64,000 nt of DNA from Octopus sinensis. Taxonomy: Eukaryota. The DNA lies in NCBI RefSeq assembly GCF_006345805.1, contig NC_043000.1:113832001-113896000 (forward strand), given 5' to 3'. Below are positions 49,653 to 63,449 of the stretch, piece by piece (position 1 is the first letter of the stretch; each line of letters opens with the position of its first letter). The position numbers were made by a program, and so were the translations under genes. The notes below the pieces were generated by a model. It made no database searches. It was not told the DNA's origin and saw only the letters and a program-made list of their open reading frames with translations.

Positions 49653-49890
49653 AGATGGGCTAGACACGTAGCCCGGCTCACCGATAATCGGTGGAGCCAC
49701 GCAGTTGTCGAGTGGTACCCATGCGAGCAGAAACGACCACCCAGAAGGCTTCCACGACGGTGGAGTTACGATTTCAGGAGGACGATTGGGATCACGTGCA
49801 TGAGAAAGGCGTGATCCAGAGAGGAGTGGACAGCATGCTGTGACCAGCGGTGTCAAATGGATGCCTGACGGACTGGTCGGTCAAGGAGAT
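49653..49890 (+). pseudogene. RTE-1-type LINE C-terminus, CpG-rich
   Basis: RWARHVARLTDNRWSHAVVEWYPCEQKRPPRRLPRRWS...REEW. Confidence 0.85.
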
Positions 49891-49929
49891 TAAGGTGATA
49901 TACACACACACACACACACACATAAATAT

Positions 49930-50285
49930 TATATAAAATTCGTTCTTTCTGTCTGTCTGTGTGTCTCTAGGATCTCAGGCATCCTCCATCTGATTGCACT
50001 CAGATTTGAATTGTAGATACCGACTGTATCAGGGCGTGTACAAGTCTTGAAAAAATTACAAACATCGATTCCAGGTGAGAATGCAATCGATAAAGCATTC
50101 TTTGGAATAGAAATAAAGTCTATCTTTATTTCTTCTTTTGCTAGTGTCTCAAATTTAGGTTAAATCAGTGTTTCTCAAAGGAGAGGCCTATGGGACGGTC
50201 GGACAAGTTGTTTTGAGAAAATTTGGTTTAAATGTTTGACAACTCAGCACCGTCCATTGGACGGGGGGGGGGCGTTTTGCTCGTA
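49930..50285 (-). mobile_element. Non-autonomous Helitron-like element
   Basis: Shares ~170 bp with 21670-21895. Confidence 0.5.
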
Positions 50286-50691
50286 TATACATACATATAT
50301 GTATATATATAATATATATATATTATATATATATATTATATATATTTGCATATAAAGTCTTATATGTATGTATAAAAATTATACATAAAGGGAAAAGCCA
50401 CTAAATCCTTCATGCTAGAAATAAGAGTTAAATCCTAAACTATGATAAAAACTATTCTTATTTTAGCACATTGAATGTAGGCAGGCAGGACAATTTGAGA
50501 GAATTAAAAAATGATTAGTCATTCCTGTAATTCAAAGTTTCACCCTTAACGATTAAATACACTAATTAATTAATTAATCAATCAAATATTTAATTTTTAG
50601 CCTATATTTAGATTTACATATAACGCTATATACTTATATATATAAATAAACAGATAGATAGATACACGTGTATCTCATTGTATAGATCAGT

Positions 50692-51070
50692 GGAGGCACA
50701 ATGGCTCAGTGGTTAGGGCAGCAGACCTGCGGTCGTAGGATTGCAGTTTCGATTCCAGACCGGGCATTGTGAATGTTTATTGAGTGAAAACACCTAACGC
50801 TCCATGAGGCTCCAGCAGTGGGTGTTGGCGAACCCCGCCGTACTCTTTCCCTACAACTTTCTCTCACTGTTTCTTCCTGTTTCCGTTGTACCTGTATTTC
50901 AAAGGGGCCAGCCTTGTCACACTCTGTGTCACACTGAATCGCCGCGAGAACTACGTTAGGGGTACATGTGTCTGTGGAGTACTCAGCCACTTGCATGTTA
51001 ATTTCCCGAGCAGACTGTTCCATTGATTGGATCAACTGGAACCCTCGTTGTCATAAGCAATGGGGTGCCA
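50692..51070 (+). mobile_element. SINE with family D head and family C 3' body
   Basis: Head matches 59882; 3' part matches 6710-6885. Confidence 0.85.
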
Positions 51071-51805
51071 CGATATTGTATATATCTAGGAATAATTATA
51101 TATGTGTGTATGTGTGAGTGTTATGTATGTATACAAACACACACACACAACTATAAATATACTTACCTACGTCAACATATATATATACTCACCCATTTAT
51201 ACATATACATGTACACACATACATAAATATGTACATACACACATACATACACATGTTTACACAAACACACACGCCCACACACATGCTTTCATACCTACAC
51301 AAACACACACATACCCACACACACACACATATCTGTACACCTACTTTTAACCTCTATTCACATACACACCTATAGACACACGCACAGTCCTATACACACA
51401 CACACACACCTATACACACACACACACCTTCAGCTCTAGTTAGGTAATCTTTTGTGCTTCACATCGTTTGCATTCCATGAACAATGCCCTCCAAAGTCAC
51501 ATTACTCTATGACAACAGCCCTCTCCGTTTCAGCTCTGCTCTTTCGCTCTTTACATGATTTCACTGTTTGTGATTCTTACAAACTTTTCCATGCACATCC
51601 ACACACCACCACCACCACCACCACAACAACAACAACAACAAACAACAACAACCATCACTACTGTAACCATACACTGTTACCCCAGTTCCACCACCATGGC
51701 CAACATCCTTCATAACTAATATAGCTACCCACCCCCTGAAGGAAACAGAAAGAGGGCCACAGATAAATACCTGTTTGGGGCAGTCAAATGACTGAAACAA
51801 GTAGA

Positions 51806-51857
<52 letters not shown>

Positions 51858-51884
51858 TATTGTGTACACGCATATAAATATATA

Positions 51885-52113
51885 TTTCTTTACTACCCAC
51901 AAGGAGCTAAATACAGAGGGGATAAACAAGGACAGACAAACGGATTAAGTCGATTATATCGACCCCAGTGCGTAACTAATACTTAATTTATCGACCCCGA
52001 AAGGATGAAAGGCAAAGTCGACCTCGGTGGAATTTGAACTCAGAACATAACGGCAAACGAAATACAGCTACGCATTTCGCCCGGCGTGCTAACGTTTCTG
52101 CCAGCTCACCGCC
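51885..52113 (-). mobile_element. SINE family B monomer (CpGs retained, probably young)
   Basis: Consensus match. Confidence 0.9.
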
Positions 52114-52178
52114 TTATACATATAAATATATATATATATAACACATATACACATATATCTAAATATATATGCATATAT

Positions 52179-52235
<57 letters not shown>

Positions 52236-52255
52236 TATATAATATATATATATAT

Positions 52256-52287
<32 letters not shown>

Positions 52288-52662
52288 ATATATATAATGT
52301 GTATATATATATGTATCTATACAGGCTGATTCAAAAGTTATCATACATAGGAAAAATTTACTTTTTTGTAAGAAACAGTTAAATAAAAAAACGGTCTCTT
52401 ATAAAAATATAAATTGTTCTTTTGTATGGCGACTTTTGAATCAGCCTGTATAGGTGTGAGAGAATTGACACGTACACACATACATATATACAAATATATA
52501 TGTATGCATATATACACATATTTATATGTATGTATATATACAAATATATATGTATATACAAATATACATATATAAGTATATACATATATACATACACACA
52601 CACACATATATATATATATACATACATATATATCTGTATATACATATATTCTTATATATATG

Positions 52663-52710
<48 letters not shown>

Positions 52711-53345
52711 AATATACATAATTACAGATATATATATGTATGTATATATAAATTATTCATATATATACATATATATGTATATATAAATATTTACACATGT
52801 GTGTGTGTTTGTAATCCACTACCCCACCCGCACCACCACTTGACAACCAGTGTTGGTCTGTTTTCATCCCCATATCATAGAAGTTCAGCAAAAGTGACCA
52901 ACAGAATAAATACCAGACTTCAGAAATATAAAAAAAGTACCAGAGTTGATTCATTTGTCTAAAAGTTCTTCAAGATGGTTGCCCCAGCATGGCCGCAACC
53001 TAATGAATGAAACAAGTAAAAAAATTTAAAAAAGACATGTAATATCTTGGCATAAATTTACACACACACACACACACACACAGAGAGGAACCCTTTGCAC
53101 AACAGGCACCCTGCATTCCTGGAAATCTCAACATAACACAAATTCCTGTACAGGGAAATCAATTTTCTTATTGATTTTCATGTAATAAGACTGAAATGTG
53201 TGCCAAAGGATTTTTTGGGAAAAACAAAGCAAAAAGCAAAAAACGAAACATGAACAACAACAAAAAAAAAACACAAACAAAACAACTAATTTTATGCATC
53301 TTGACCTATATGATACAGTTTGTATATGTGTGTGTGTGTGCGTAT

Positions 53346-53428
<83 letters not shown>

Positions 53429-53472
53429 TATATATTATATATATATATATAATATAATATATATATATATAT

Positions 53473-53636
53473 ATTAAAATTATAAATTAGGGTATCTACG
53501 AGATACCACAATGCTGAAAATAGCAGCCATGAACTGACTCTAAAACCACCTTAATTAAGGTGGTTTTAGAGTCAGTTCATGGCTGCTAATTTCAGCATGG
53601 TGTTATCTCATAGATACCCTAATTTATGATTTTAAT
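53473..53636. repeat. 164-bp spacerless palindrome
   Basis: 82-bp arms centred in ttaa|ttaa (53554/55); inner 34 bp perfect, 5 mismatches in the outer part. Confidence 0.95.
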
Positions 53637-53640
53637 AATT

Positions 53641-54157
53641 ACTAGCAGCATAGCCCGGCATTGCCCAGCTATGTAAGAGCCCCTGGAGCAGACATGATGC
53701 TCGCTGTGAATTTAAAAAAATTTCCTGCCAATTTGTGGAAGATATTGTCGAAAATATGTCATCTTGAATTTGAACGCGATTTCCCAAAATGGCATGATTT
53801 TATCGATTTTTTCTGATGGTAAGGTATTGCATGGAAAACTAACGTCAGAATTAAGTTTCTTAGGGTAACATTAAGCCTCACCATGAGTTTGGTGAAAATC
53901 GATTGCAAGTTGCGAAAACTACAACAGAAAATGTGTTGCAAATAAAAAGCTTAGATTCTCGACCCCATGTCGAATTTATCGATTTTTTTCAGAACTGGGG
54001 GAACTTTTAAAAATTTTCGCTGCGTTTGTTTTGAATTATGACATTGGGCTATGTGTGTGTCAAGTTTCATCAGAATTGGTTGAAAGCCGTGGTCAGGGTG
54101 AGGGTACAACCTGACAGACACACAGACAGACAAACTGCCGTTTATATAGAGAGAGAT
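53641..54157 (+). mobile_element. Non-autonomous Helitron/Helentron-like element
   Basis: 5' actagcagcatagcccggcattgccc; 3' (caga)n caaactgccgtttatatagagagagat; no TIR or TSD seen. Confidence 0.6.
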
Positions 54158-54234
54158 TACCTTGAAGGTTATTTTTTTCCATGCTGACCACTTGATAAAG
54201 TTGTTATTTTTTAAAAAAATTAATGATCTTATCC

Positions 54235-54288
<54 letters not shown>

Positions 54289-54677
54289 CGAGGTTGAGTT
54301 AAAAAGTAGTGCCATTTTGTTTAGGACAGATATAATTACCAACACATGTAGCATACATCAAAATGAAGCTGGTCCTCTGTGGATCACATCCCTACTACTC
54401 AACATAGTCATTGTTTCTCCCAACAGCGATATTCCACCTTCGTATGAGAACATGTATCCCTGCCTCGTAAAATTCTGTTGACTGTTCTTTGAGCCACTTC
54501 TTCACTACAGTTTTCACTTCCTTATCACTGGACTATCATCGTCACTGGACTATAATGTCTTCGGCCCCATGAAAGAAGGTTTGAGAGGCAAACATTATTT
54601 CAGTGACGAAGAAGTGAAAACTGTAGTGAAGAAGTGGCTCAAAGTGTTGGTAATTATACCTGTCCCAAACACCCTCA
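54289..54677. mobile_element. Rearranged non-autonomous mariner with an inverted duplication of the transposase C-terminus
   Basis: TA flanks; both ends share gttt(a/g)ggacag(a/g)tataattaccaacac; minus EVKTVVKKWLKEQSTEFYEAGIH..RRWN..DYVE*, plus DYNVFGPMKEGLRGKHYFSDEEVKTVVKKWLK. Confidence 0.85.
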
Positions 54678-54679
54678 TA

Positions 54680-54715
<36 letters not shown>

Positions 54716-54731
54716 TATATATAAATAAAGA

Positions 54732-55068
54732 GATAATGTATTTTTAAAAATATGAGAGTGTATAATATATTTTTATACACCAAAGGAGACATTGACAGAA
54801 CTCCTTAAAAGGCCTGTTAAAACCTAAACCACGTAAAAGAGACTTCATGAGGCACGCCAATTATAACACCAGAACGAACAAAAAATGAATTAGTTAATCC
54901 CAAGCTCGAGTTTTTATTGCCAAATAAACTAATTTAGAATCTGTAGCTCATCAGCGGAATCGCTAATTAATGAATAATTATATAGTTGCAAATGCGTCTC
55001 CCGTCTATGGTCTCCTCTTTGTATATAAAAATAATTTATACTCTCGTATATTTTTTAAAACATGTTAT
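54732..55068. mobile_element. Degenerate MITE with ~70-bp imperfect TIRs
   Basis: 54732-54804 resembles the reverse complement of 54994-55068. Confidence 0.5.
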
Positions 55069-55171
55069 GTCATGACTTATTCATGCATGCTAACCACTGG
55101 TAATAAATTATGTTAATTTATTACCCTCATATTTATGATAGTATATATAAAGAGAGATTTTTTGCAGAATA

Positions 55172-55735
55172 TGAGGCCTGATCGGAATGTATCGAGACTG
55201 GTACTATAAAAAGAAAACTACAACCCACATCAAATCAGCATTTAATCTCCTTCGAAAAAGTCTTCTTCTGAAGCCACACATTTTATCCAGAATTTTTACC
55301 ATTGGTGGAAGCATTCCTGGAACTTCTTTTTGAGAATAGCAAAATACTGTTTTGTTGCATTCTCTTGGATTTCTGTGATGTCATGAAATCTTGTTCCTCT
55401 GAAGTGGGATTCTGTTTAAGCCTTGGTTTCAGGGTCATAGCCAAACTCCAACGGATTCATCACCTGTTATGACCATTTCCAAAAAGTTTTCATTTTCCTC
55501 AACACAATCAAAAAAATCCTGCATTGCTGGAATCCGATCTTCTTTTAGAGATGACCCCCACTCTACACTTTTTACTTCGGAATACTGCTATAAACAACAG
55601 AAGCGAGTGAGAATGTTGTAACTTAGTGTGCACATGAAACAGAGTTCAAGGTCATTCTGTGCCAAGTGCCTTCACTTTGCGTACTTCAGGCCTGTTACCA
55701 TAGCAACAGTCCTGATGCTTTTTGATTAGACCTTG
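55172..55735 (-). mobile_element. Internally deleted, decayed mariner
   Basis: Degenerate TIRs; NFLEMVITGDES..FGYDPETK and QECFHQW..WIKCVASEEDFFEGD*. Confidence 0.78.
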
Positions 55736-55984
55736 TGTGTAAGAATTGCAATCTTTAATAGGGGATGTTCTTACACAAATGATGTTGGCTAATCTGTGAG
55801 GGTTGTTGTTGTTGCTGCTGTTGCTGTTGAGCGAACAGTCTTTATCCCAGAGCTCACAAGATGGGAGAAGTCCGAAACGTGGTCCTTTGCTATTCATAAG
55901 ACCCGCAGAAGAAAAAGCAGGTCAACCCTCGACACCGAGAGCATTGACGGATGGATGAATGCGCATCCAGGCTCAGCGGTTGTA

Positions 55985-56700
55985 TAGGAAGTCGAGGACA
56001 AGAAACAGGAAGAAAGAGTGAGAGAAAGTTGGAGCGAAAGAGTACAACAGGGGTCACCACCACCCCCTGCCAGAGCATCGTGGAGCTTTAGGTGTTTTCA
56101 CTCAATAAACACACACAACGCCCAGTTTGGGAATTGAAACTACGATCCTCCGACCGTGAGTCCGCTGCTCTGACCATTGGGCCATTGCGCCTCCACTTGT
56201 TGCTGCTGACAGTGGTTGGTGGTGGTGGTGGTGGTGGTGGTATGAGAGTTGCTGGAAGAGTGAGGGATGTATATCCTATCTTCTGGTTCATCATTATCAA
56301 CATCTGCTTCAGATACTCTTTTATTCTTTTACTTGTTTCAGTCATTTGACTGCCATGCTGGAGCACTGCCTTTAGTCAAGCAAATCGACCCCGGGACTTA
56401 TTCTTTGTAAGCCTAGTACTTATTCTATTGGTTCTTTTGCTGAACCACTAAGTGACGGGGACGTAAACACACCAGCATCGGTTGTCAAGCGATGTTGGAG
56501 GGGGGTAACAAACACAGACACACAAGCACACACATATATACATATACATATATACGATGGGCTTCTTTCTGTTTCCATCTACCAAATCCACTCACAAGGC
56601 TTTGGTTGGGCCAAGGCTATAGTAGAAGACACTTGCCTATGGTGCCACGCAGTGGGACTGAACCCAGAACCATGTGGTTGGTAAAGTTGCTTGATAGTTA
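55985..56700 (-). mobile_element. SINE D (55985-56192) and a full SINE A (56320-56700)
   Basis: Consensus matches. Confidence 0.87.
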
Positions 56701-57744
56701 TGCTGTGTCATCATTTTGTACAGTTCATTGTAGGAACTGAGCTCACTGTAAACTATTCTTGCGATTTCTTTGATGCATTCATGATGGGATGGGTAATAAT
56801 ATAATTCAATTGTGTATTATTTCATACGCATTTCCTAACACCAATTTACTTCATGTATAGATACACATAATGCACAATACTGTGCCAAATGGTCACCAAC
56901 CCCCAGAAACAGATGTTAAGCAATACCTATATTTTCCTCTCTGTTATCTGTGAAGTTAGAGTATGAACTCTCCATATATCTCCCTATGTAGAACCATTAC
57001 AAAGAATTACTTGGATCCTCCTCTCTTTTATCTGTGCTTTTAGAATATGAATTTTCAGGATATTGCCCTCCTGTCTCTGAAGAACCATTATGAGCTGCCA
57101 TTTTCCTGATTTTCCTGTTTTCTCTGCTTAATAGTTTTTATACTGTTTTGTAAATGTTTTGATGCCATTAACAACTGCCTGTCCATCTTTTATTCTATAC
57201 TTTCATTATTTCAACAGACACATTGCCTATAGTCATCTTTTGTTTACTTCTATTCCATCTCTTTTCATTTAATATTGGATGTTTTGTATCCAATATATCT
57301 GGTCTGAACACTGGCTGCTTGTTCTGTTAAACACCTTTCTGGTGTATTTTTTACCTATTCTATAAACACAGTAACATGTGGTGTAGCAATGTGTGTATGT
57401 GTGTGTGTGTGTATATATATATATGTGTGTGTGTGCATGCGTGTGTGTGAAGGTATATAGCTTAGTGGTTTCATGTTCAGGCTAAGAATTACAGTGGTGG
57501 CGGGGCAATGTTGGATTGTTACTGTTGTACTCATGTGAGGGTGGGGATCCGAAGGGCATCCAAAACATATAGTCTCTCTATCTCTATCTTTGTCTCTAAG
57601 ACATTAGTGTCTATTGGTAGATTTAACTGCTGTTTCTAGCAGGTCCAGAGACTTCCTACAGGTTATTCATTGACTTGAGGGAACATATGTTACCAAGGGA
57701 GGTAATTACTCTTCAAATACCTTCCTTTGTGTTTCAGCCCCTAA

Positions 57745-58488
57745 CTGCTGCCGCCACCACCACCACTATAACCACTACCACCGCCACCACCCCTAATTTT
57801 GTTTCCTAGGCAACAGAGCATCCATCTACATGGACTGCAAGTCTTCTAACCATTATCACTAATGCTGTTAGCCAGTCCAGTGCATCGGGTGCACCTCGTC
57901 TTCTACTTCACTGCACATTTAATGCATCCATTGTTTGTGGGTTTATTAACGCCACACTACACTGCACACCTGTATCGCTCCATACCTTCCAGCTCTTGGG
58001 GTGGTGGTGGTCTTGAAGAGGAAGGTGGTCGTGGCAGTAGCAGTGATGGTGGTGATGTAGTTGCATATAAAATGATGGCATATTTTTTGTGGTGTATGGT
58101 GGTGGTGGTGGAGGTGGTGGTGGTGATGATGATGATGGTTTTGGTGGTGGTGGTGGTGTATGGTGGTGGTGGTGTGGTGGTGGTGGTGGTGGTGGTGGAG
58201 GAGATGGTAATGCTGGGTGAGTGCGTGGGGTGGGGTGGGAGGACGGTGGCGGTTTTGGTGCTGTTTCGTGTTGATAATGGCATATGGTAAGTGAGATGAG
58301 TATAGCATTGTTGATGATGATGATGATGATGATGAAGTGTGATGCTGGTGGAGAAGGTGTAAGAATAGTGGTGGTGGTAGTGGTGATGGTGATGGTGGTG
58401 GTGATAGTGGTGGTGGTGGTGATGTTTCATACTGATAGTTTGGTGTTCTTGTTGTTGTTGCTTATAATCCTGATGGTAGCAGAGGTAG

Positions 58489-58532
<44 letters not shown>

Positions 58533-59200
58533 GTGATGGTGATAGTGATGGTGGTCGTGGTCGTGATGATGATGGATGCTGTGTTGGCAGTAAATGTATT
58601 TTCTTTTACTTCTGTTAACACCTTTGTTGTTGTTGTTCTTGTTGCTGCTGTTGATTTATGATGATGATGATGATGATGCCATGCCATAACAGAAGACAAT
58701 AATGAGGGTGGCATTGATGATGATGATAACGACGATGATGATGATGACGGTGATGATGAACATGATGTTGATGAAGACGGTGGTGGTGGTGGTGATAATG
58801 ATGGTGGTGGTAGTGGTGGTGATGATGATGATGCCATGCCATAACGGAAGACAATAATGAGGATGGCATTGATGATGTTGATGATGACAGTGATGATGAC
58901 GATGATGATGGTAGTGAAAACTATAAGAGGGAGACGGTGGTGATGATGATTTGGGGGTTGTTGACTATGATGAAGATGACGATGACGACGATGCCATTGT
59001 TTATGGTAATGATGATGATCTTCATGGTGATGGTATTTATAATAAGAATGTTGTTTACGACAACAACGATGATGATGATTGATGGTGATTGATGACGATT
59101 GATGACAATGGAGACAACGGTTTTGCTAATGATAGTGATGTTAATACTCATGATGTTCATAATGATGATGATGGGGGAGGGTATGGGTGGGGATGATGAC
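57745..59200. repeat. (GGT)/(GAT) trinucleotide mosaic of ~1.4 kb
   Basis: Direct reading; explains the poly-H/M/V ORFs. Confidence 0.93.
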
Positions 59201-59881
59201 GATAAGGGTGTTTGAAGCCAAGTTTAGCTGTTGTAGTGTTAATGAGGGAAGCTCTCCTCCTGCCTAAGTGGCACTCATTAAGTGAACACTTAGACTCAAG
59301 TTTCCACTTCCTGCATTTCCATATCAACCCAAGACACAGATACATGGTGTGAGTGCGGGTGTCATCTAATTCTTAAATATAGGACACACGCAGAGCAAAG
59401 TGGCTGAGAGGTTTCCTTCACAACCTTCAGATCTCAGGTTCAATGTTGGGCAGGTAGCTTTTAACATAACGTTAGGGTAAACCTAAGACTTTTGTATGAA
59501 ATTAGATATACAGGAGCTGTGTGTGACCCTATCTCAGTGGGGGTCACACCTGTGACTCAAAAATCCACCTTTTGTTACTGTGCCAGGCTGTTTCTGCCTC
59601 AGGGTTATGTTAAGGGTATAGGCTGACATGATGAGGTATATTCAGTCATTTCTACTATAATTCAATGAGTAGGTAGGTGGCTCCACTGAATTCTAGTAAT
59701 TAGACAAATGTACGTGGATGTTCTATTTTAAATGAGAGAAAAAACCATACATATATGTTGTAAAGCAACTAAAGAAGCATACAAAATGCACACACACACA
59801 CACATGTATATACACATTCACACACATATGAATAATATACAACTTGTTGATGATATATATATACATATATATATATATTTG

Positions 59882-60185
59882 TGGAGGCGCAATGGCCCAG
59901 TGGTTAGGGCAGTGGAATCGCGGTTGGAGGATCGCGGTTTCGATTCCCAGATCGGGTATTGTGTGTGTTTATTGAGAAAAAACGCCTAAAGCTCCACGAG
60001 GTTCCAGCAGGGGGTGGTGGCAACTCCTGTTGTACTCTTTCGCCCCAACATTCTCTCACTCTTTCTTCCTGTTTTTTGAGTAATTCTGTGATGGACTGGC
60101 ATCCTGTCCAGCTAGTGGGGGAACACATACACCACAGAAACAGGAAAACCGGGCCCATGAGCCTGGTTAGGCTTGAAAAGGGCGC
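59882..60185 (+). mobile_element. SINE family D, full length
   Basis: ggaggcgcaatggcccagtggttagggc...ggtttcgattccc. Confidence 0.9.
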
Positions 60186-60221
60186 ATAAATAAAAAAAAA
60201 TAATATATATATATATATTCG

Positions 60222-60600
60222 TGGCACAGAAAAAGCACCATTCAAGCGTGATCATTGCCAGAGTCGCCCTACCAGCACATGTGCCAGTGGTACATGAAAA
60301 ACAGCAGTTGAGCGTGGTCGTTGCCAGTGCCGCTGGACTGGCTCCCATGCAGGTAGCACGTAAAAAACACCTTTTGAGCATGGTCGTTGGCAGTACCGCC
60401 TGACTGTCCCTCGTGCCGGTGTCACATAAAAGCACCCAGTACTCTCGGAGTGGTTGGTGTTAGGAAGGGCATCTAGCTGTAGAAACTTTGCCAGATCAGA
60501 TTGAGGCTGGTGCAGCCTTCTGGGTCACCAGTCCTCAGTCAAACCGTCCACCCATGCCAGCTTGGAAAGCAGATGTTAAATGTTTTTGATGATGATAATG
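60222..60600 (+). mobile_element. RTE 3' end with tandem UTR units
   Basis: Reverse orientation of the 61553-61950 structure. Confidence 0.85.
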
Positions 60601-60624
60601 ATGATATTTGTCATTGTCATCATG

Positions 60625-61150
60625 TACCTGAATCACATTGTTAACACTGCAACACAACTTTTCCTGATCATGCACAAGTCCTCCAGCTGCCTTGTTGTCC
60701 TTGTCCAATCAGCTCTTGATGTTGTCCATCCATGGCATTTATTTTGCCTACCTCTTCATCTCCTGCCCTCTACTCTTCCTTTTATGGTAAATGTTTTCCA
60801 AACTTCTACTCCTTCGAATATGACCATAACGGATAAGCTTTTGTGCTTTCACAATGCTCAAGAGATGTCCTTTTCCACCTCTTTCTTGTTACGCCCATTC
60901 ATTTATCCGATGACCATTGTAAGAGACTCTTAACATTTTCCTGTAAACCCACATTTCATACACATTGATTGTTCTCGTCAAATTTGTCCAGGGTCCATGC
61001 TTTGCAACCATAAATGCCTATTTGCCCAAATGACCACATTCACTGACCTTGTTTTTCTCTTGGTCGGGACCTTTCTGCTGCTCCAGAAGTTATTAACTGT
61101 TCCCATAGACAGTGTCACCATGGTTAATGTTGTGGTGAGAGTCACGACAA
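60625..61150 (-). pseudogene. RTE/BovB-like LINE C-terminal region
   Basis: IYGCKAWTL, INVYEMWVYRKMLRVS, LLSIVKAQKLIRYGHIRR. Confidence 0.8.
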
Positions 61151-61552
61151 CCTCTGGCGAGAATAGACTGACCGAACGACTATAAATGGTAGCGCTCTGA
61201 GCGAGACAGTGAGACAAAGTAGGCATTAGTCACAAGAAGTCATCAGGTATCGTTTTGGTAGTTTGATGGAATATTGTTTGTTGGTTTGTGTATAGTTCAT
61301 GGAGAGTTTGTTGGATTATTACATTGTTGTTACCCAACTTTGTTATATGTTTAATTGTTACTACATGATTATAGTGTAAAAAAAGTATTGTCATAACAAT
61401 TGGTAATACAACAGTTAACCATGTCCTAATCTCTTTCCTACATGTGGCTTCCTCATGTCTGTATAAGGAAGGAATTCTAATCCAAGTTGTGTCCTCATGA
61501 AGTACATCTGCATATTCTAGTAATTAGACTTATGTATGCAGATGTTCTATTT

Positions 61553-62195
61553 TCATCATCATCATCATCATCATCGTTTAATGTCTGCTTTCCATGCTAG
61601 CATAGGTTGGATGATTTGACTGAGGACTGGCGAACCAGATGGCTGCACCAGGCTCCAATCTTGATCTGGCAGTGTTTCTACAGCTGATGCCCTTCCTAAC
61701 GCCAACCACTCCGAGAGTGTAGTGGTTGCTTTTATGTGACACTGGCATAAGGACCAGTCAGGCGATACTGGCAACGACCTCGTTCGAATGTTTTTTCACG
61801 TGTCACTGGCACAATTGCCAGTAAGGCGACGCTGGTAACGACCATGCTCGAATGGTGCTTTTACGTGCCACCGACATGGAAGCTAGTTAGCTGCTCTGGC
61901 AATGATCACGCTTGGATGGTGCTCTTAGCACACCCACTAGCTCGGATGCCAGTCATCGAATTTGTTTTCGATTTCACTTGCCTCAACAGGTCTTCGCAAG
62001 CAGAGTTTAGTGTCCAAGTAAGGAAAGGTACGCATAAGTGGGCTGGTTACATCCCTGGCATAGGCCACGAGGTTATGGTCTCATTTGGCTTGCTGAGTCT
62101 TCTGAAGCACAGCATATTTCCAAAAGTCTTGGTCACTAGTCATTGCCTCGGTGAGGCCTAAAGTTCAAAGGTCGTGCTTCACCACTTCATTCCAG
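61553..62195 (-). mobile_element. 5'-truncated RTE LINE: ORF C-terminus, complete 3' UTR and (GAT)n tail
   Basis: W.EVVKHDL.TLGLTEAMTSD.D.WKYAVL.KT.QAK* followed by the UTR with tandem units; this links the (GAT)n-tailed fragments to an RTE. Confidence 0.85.
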
Positions 62196-62334
62196 AAAAC
62201 ATACATTAATGTTGAGATTCCTTGTGGATTCTAATATTTGCAGAGTAAATACATGTGGCCACATTCTTCCTGGTTTGTAATGTTTCACATTCTCTATTAG
62301 CATGATTTGTTACTATATGTATAGGCGCATGGTA

Positions 62335-62825
62335 CTGGGTTCAGTCCCACTGTGTGGCACCTTGGGCAAATGTCTTCTATTATAGCCTCAGGCCAACCAA
62401 AGCCTTGTGAGTAGATTTGGTAGACGGAATTCTAAATGAAGCCTGTCGTATACACATATATGTGTGTGTGTGTGTGTGTTTCTGTGTTTGTGCCCCCAAC
62501 ATTGCTTGACAACCGATGTTGGTGTGTTTATGTCCCTTTTACTTAGCAGTTTGGCAAAAGAGACCGATAGAATAAGTACTAGGCTTACAAAGAATAAGTC
62601 CCAGAGTGTACTGGTTGCTTTTTGCATATTGCCAGCACAGGTGCCTTTAACATGTGGCACTGGTATGGGTGCTTTTCATGTAGCACCAGTGCAGGTGCAT
62701 TTTTACATGATGCCGGCACAGATGCCGTTCATGTGGTACTGGCACAGGTGCGTTTCACTTGACACCAACACAGGACCTTTGTACATGGTACTGGCACGGG
62801 TGCTTTACATGTGGTGCCTGCACAG
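62335..62825 (+). mobile_element. SINE A fragment followed by a ~27-bp degenerate minisatellite (62605-62825)
   Basis: Units resemble tttacatgtggcaccggcacaggtgc. Confidence 0.7.
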
Positions 62826-63449
62826 ATGAGTGTACATGTTTGTGTGTGTGTATATGTGTGAATGCATTCTTTAGTTTATTAGTTTATATGTACATATTAT
62901 ATGTACATATTAATTTATATGTGCATATGTACCACTGTTGCTTTACATTCCTCTCTGAAACATTTTCTATTTCTTTAGATCTTGTTTTTCTCCTTTGTGT
63001 TTTGAAATAGTCTTCAGGGACAGATTTTCATTTAAATTCATTTCATACCATTTTTCAAAGAGAACCATTCCATATAAAATCGATTCTTCTCTCTTTCTGC
63101 CATTCTCAGTTCCAGTCTTCAACACTATATTAATGTCGGCTCTATGTTTTCTTCAAACATCTATTTACAGAATTTTAATTTAAATGCCAGCCAAAACATT
63201 ACGAGCCTCTATGTGGTTGCTCAACCTGCTAGAAATAGTTAGCAATATCTATCTCAAGTCACACACTACACTTTTTAAAAAAGGAAGCAAGGATTATGTT
63301 GTTGTAGTTATATAAAAAAAAAGACAGGATGGTCATTGATGGAGGCCCTGTGATTGTAGGTCTGCTTCATTTCGTCTGGGGTTAAATGATAACGATAACA
63401 ACCACATTGACCTCGCTTCTCTTGGAAGTTGAAAGGGTTATAGACATTA

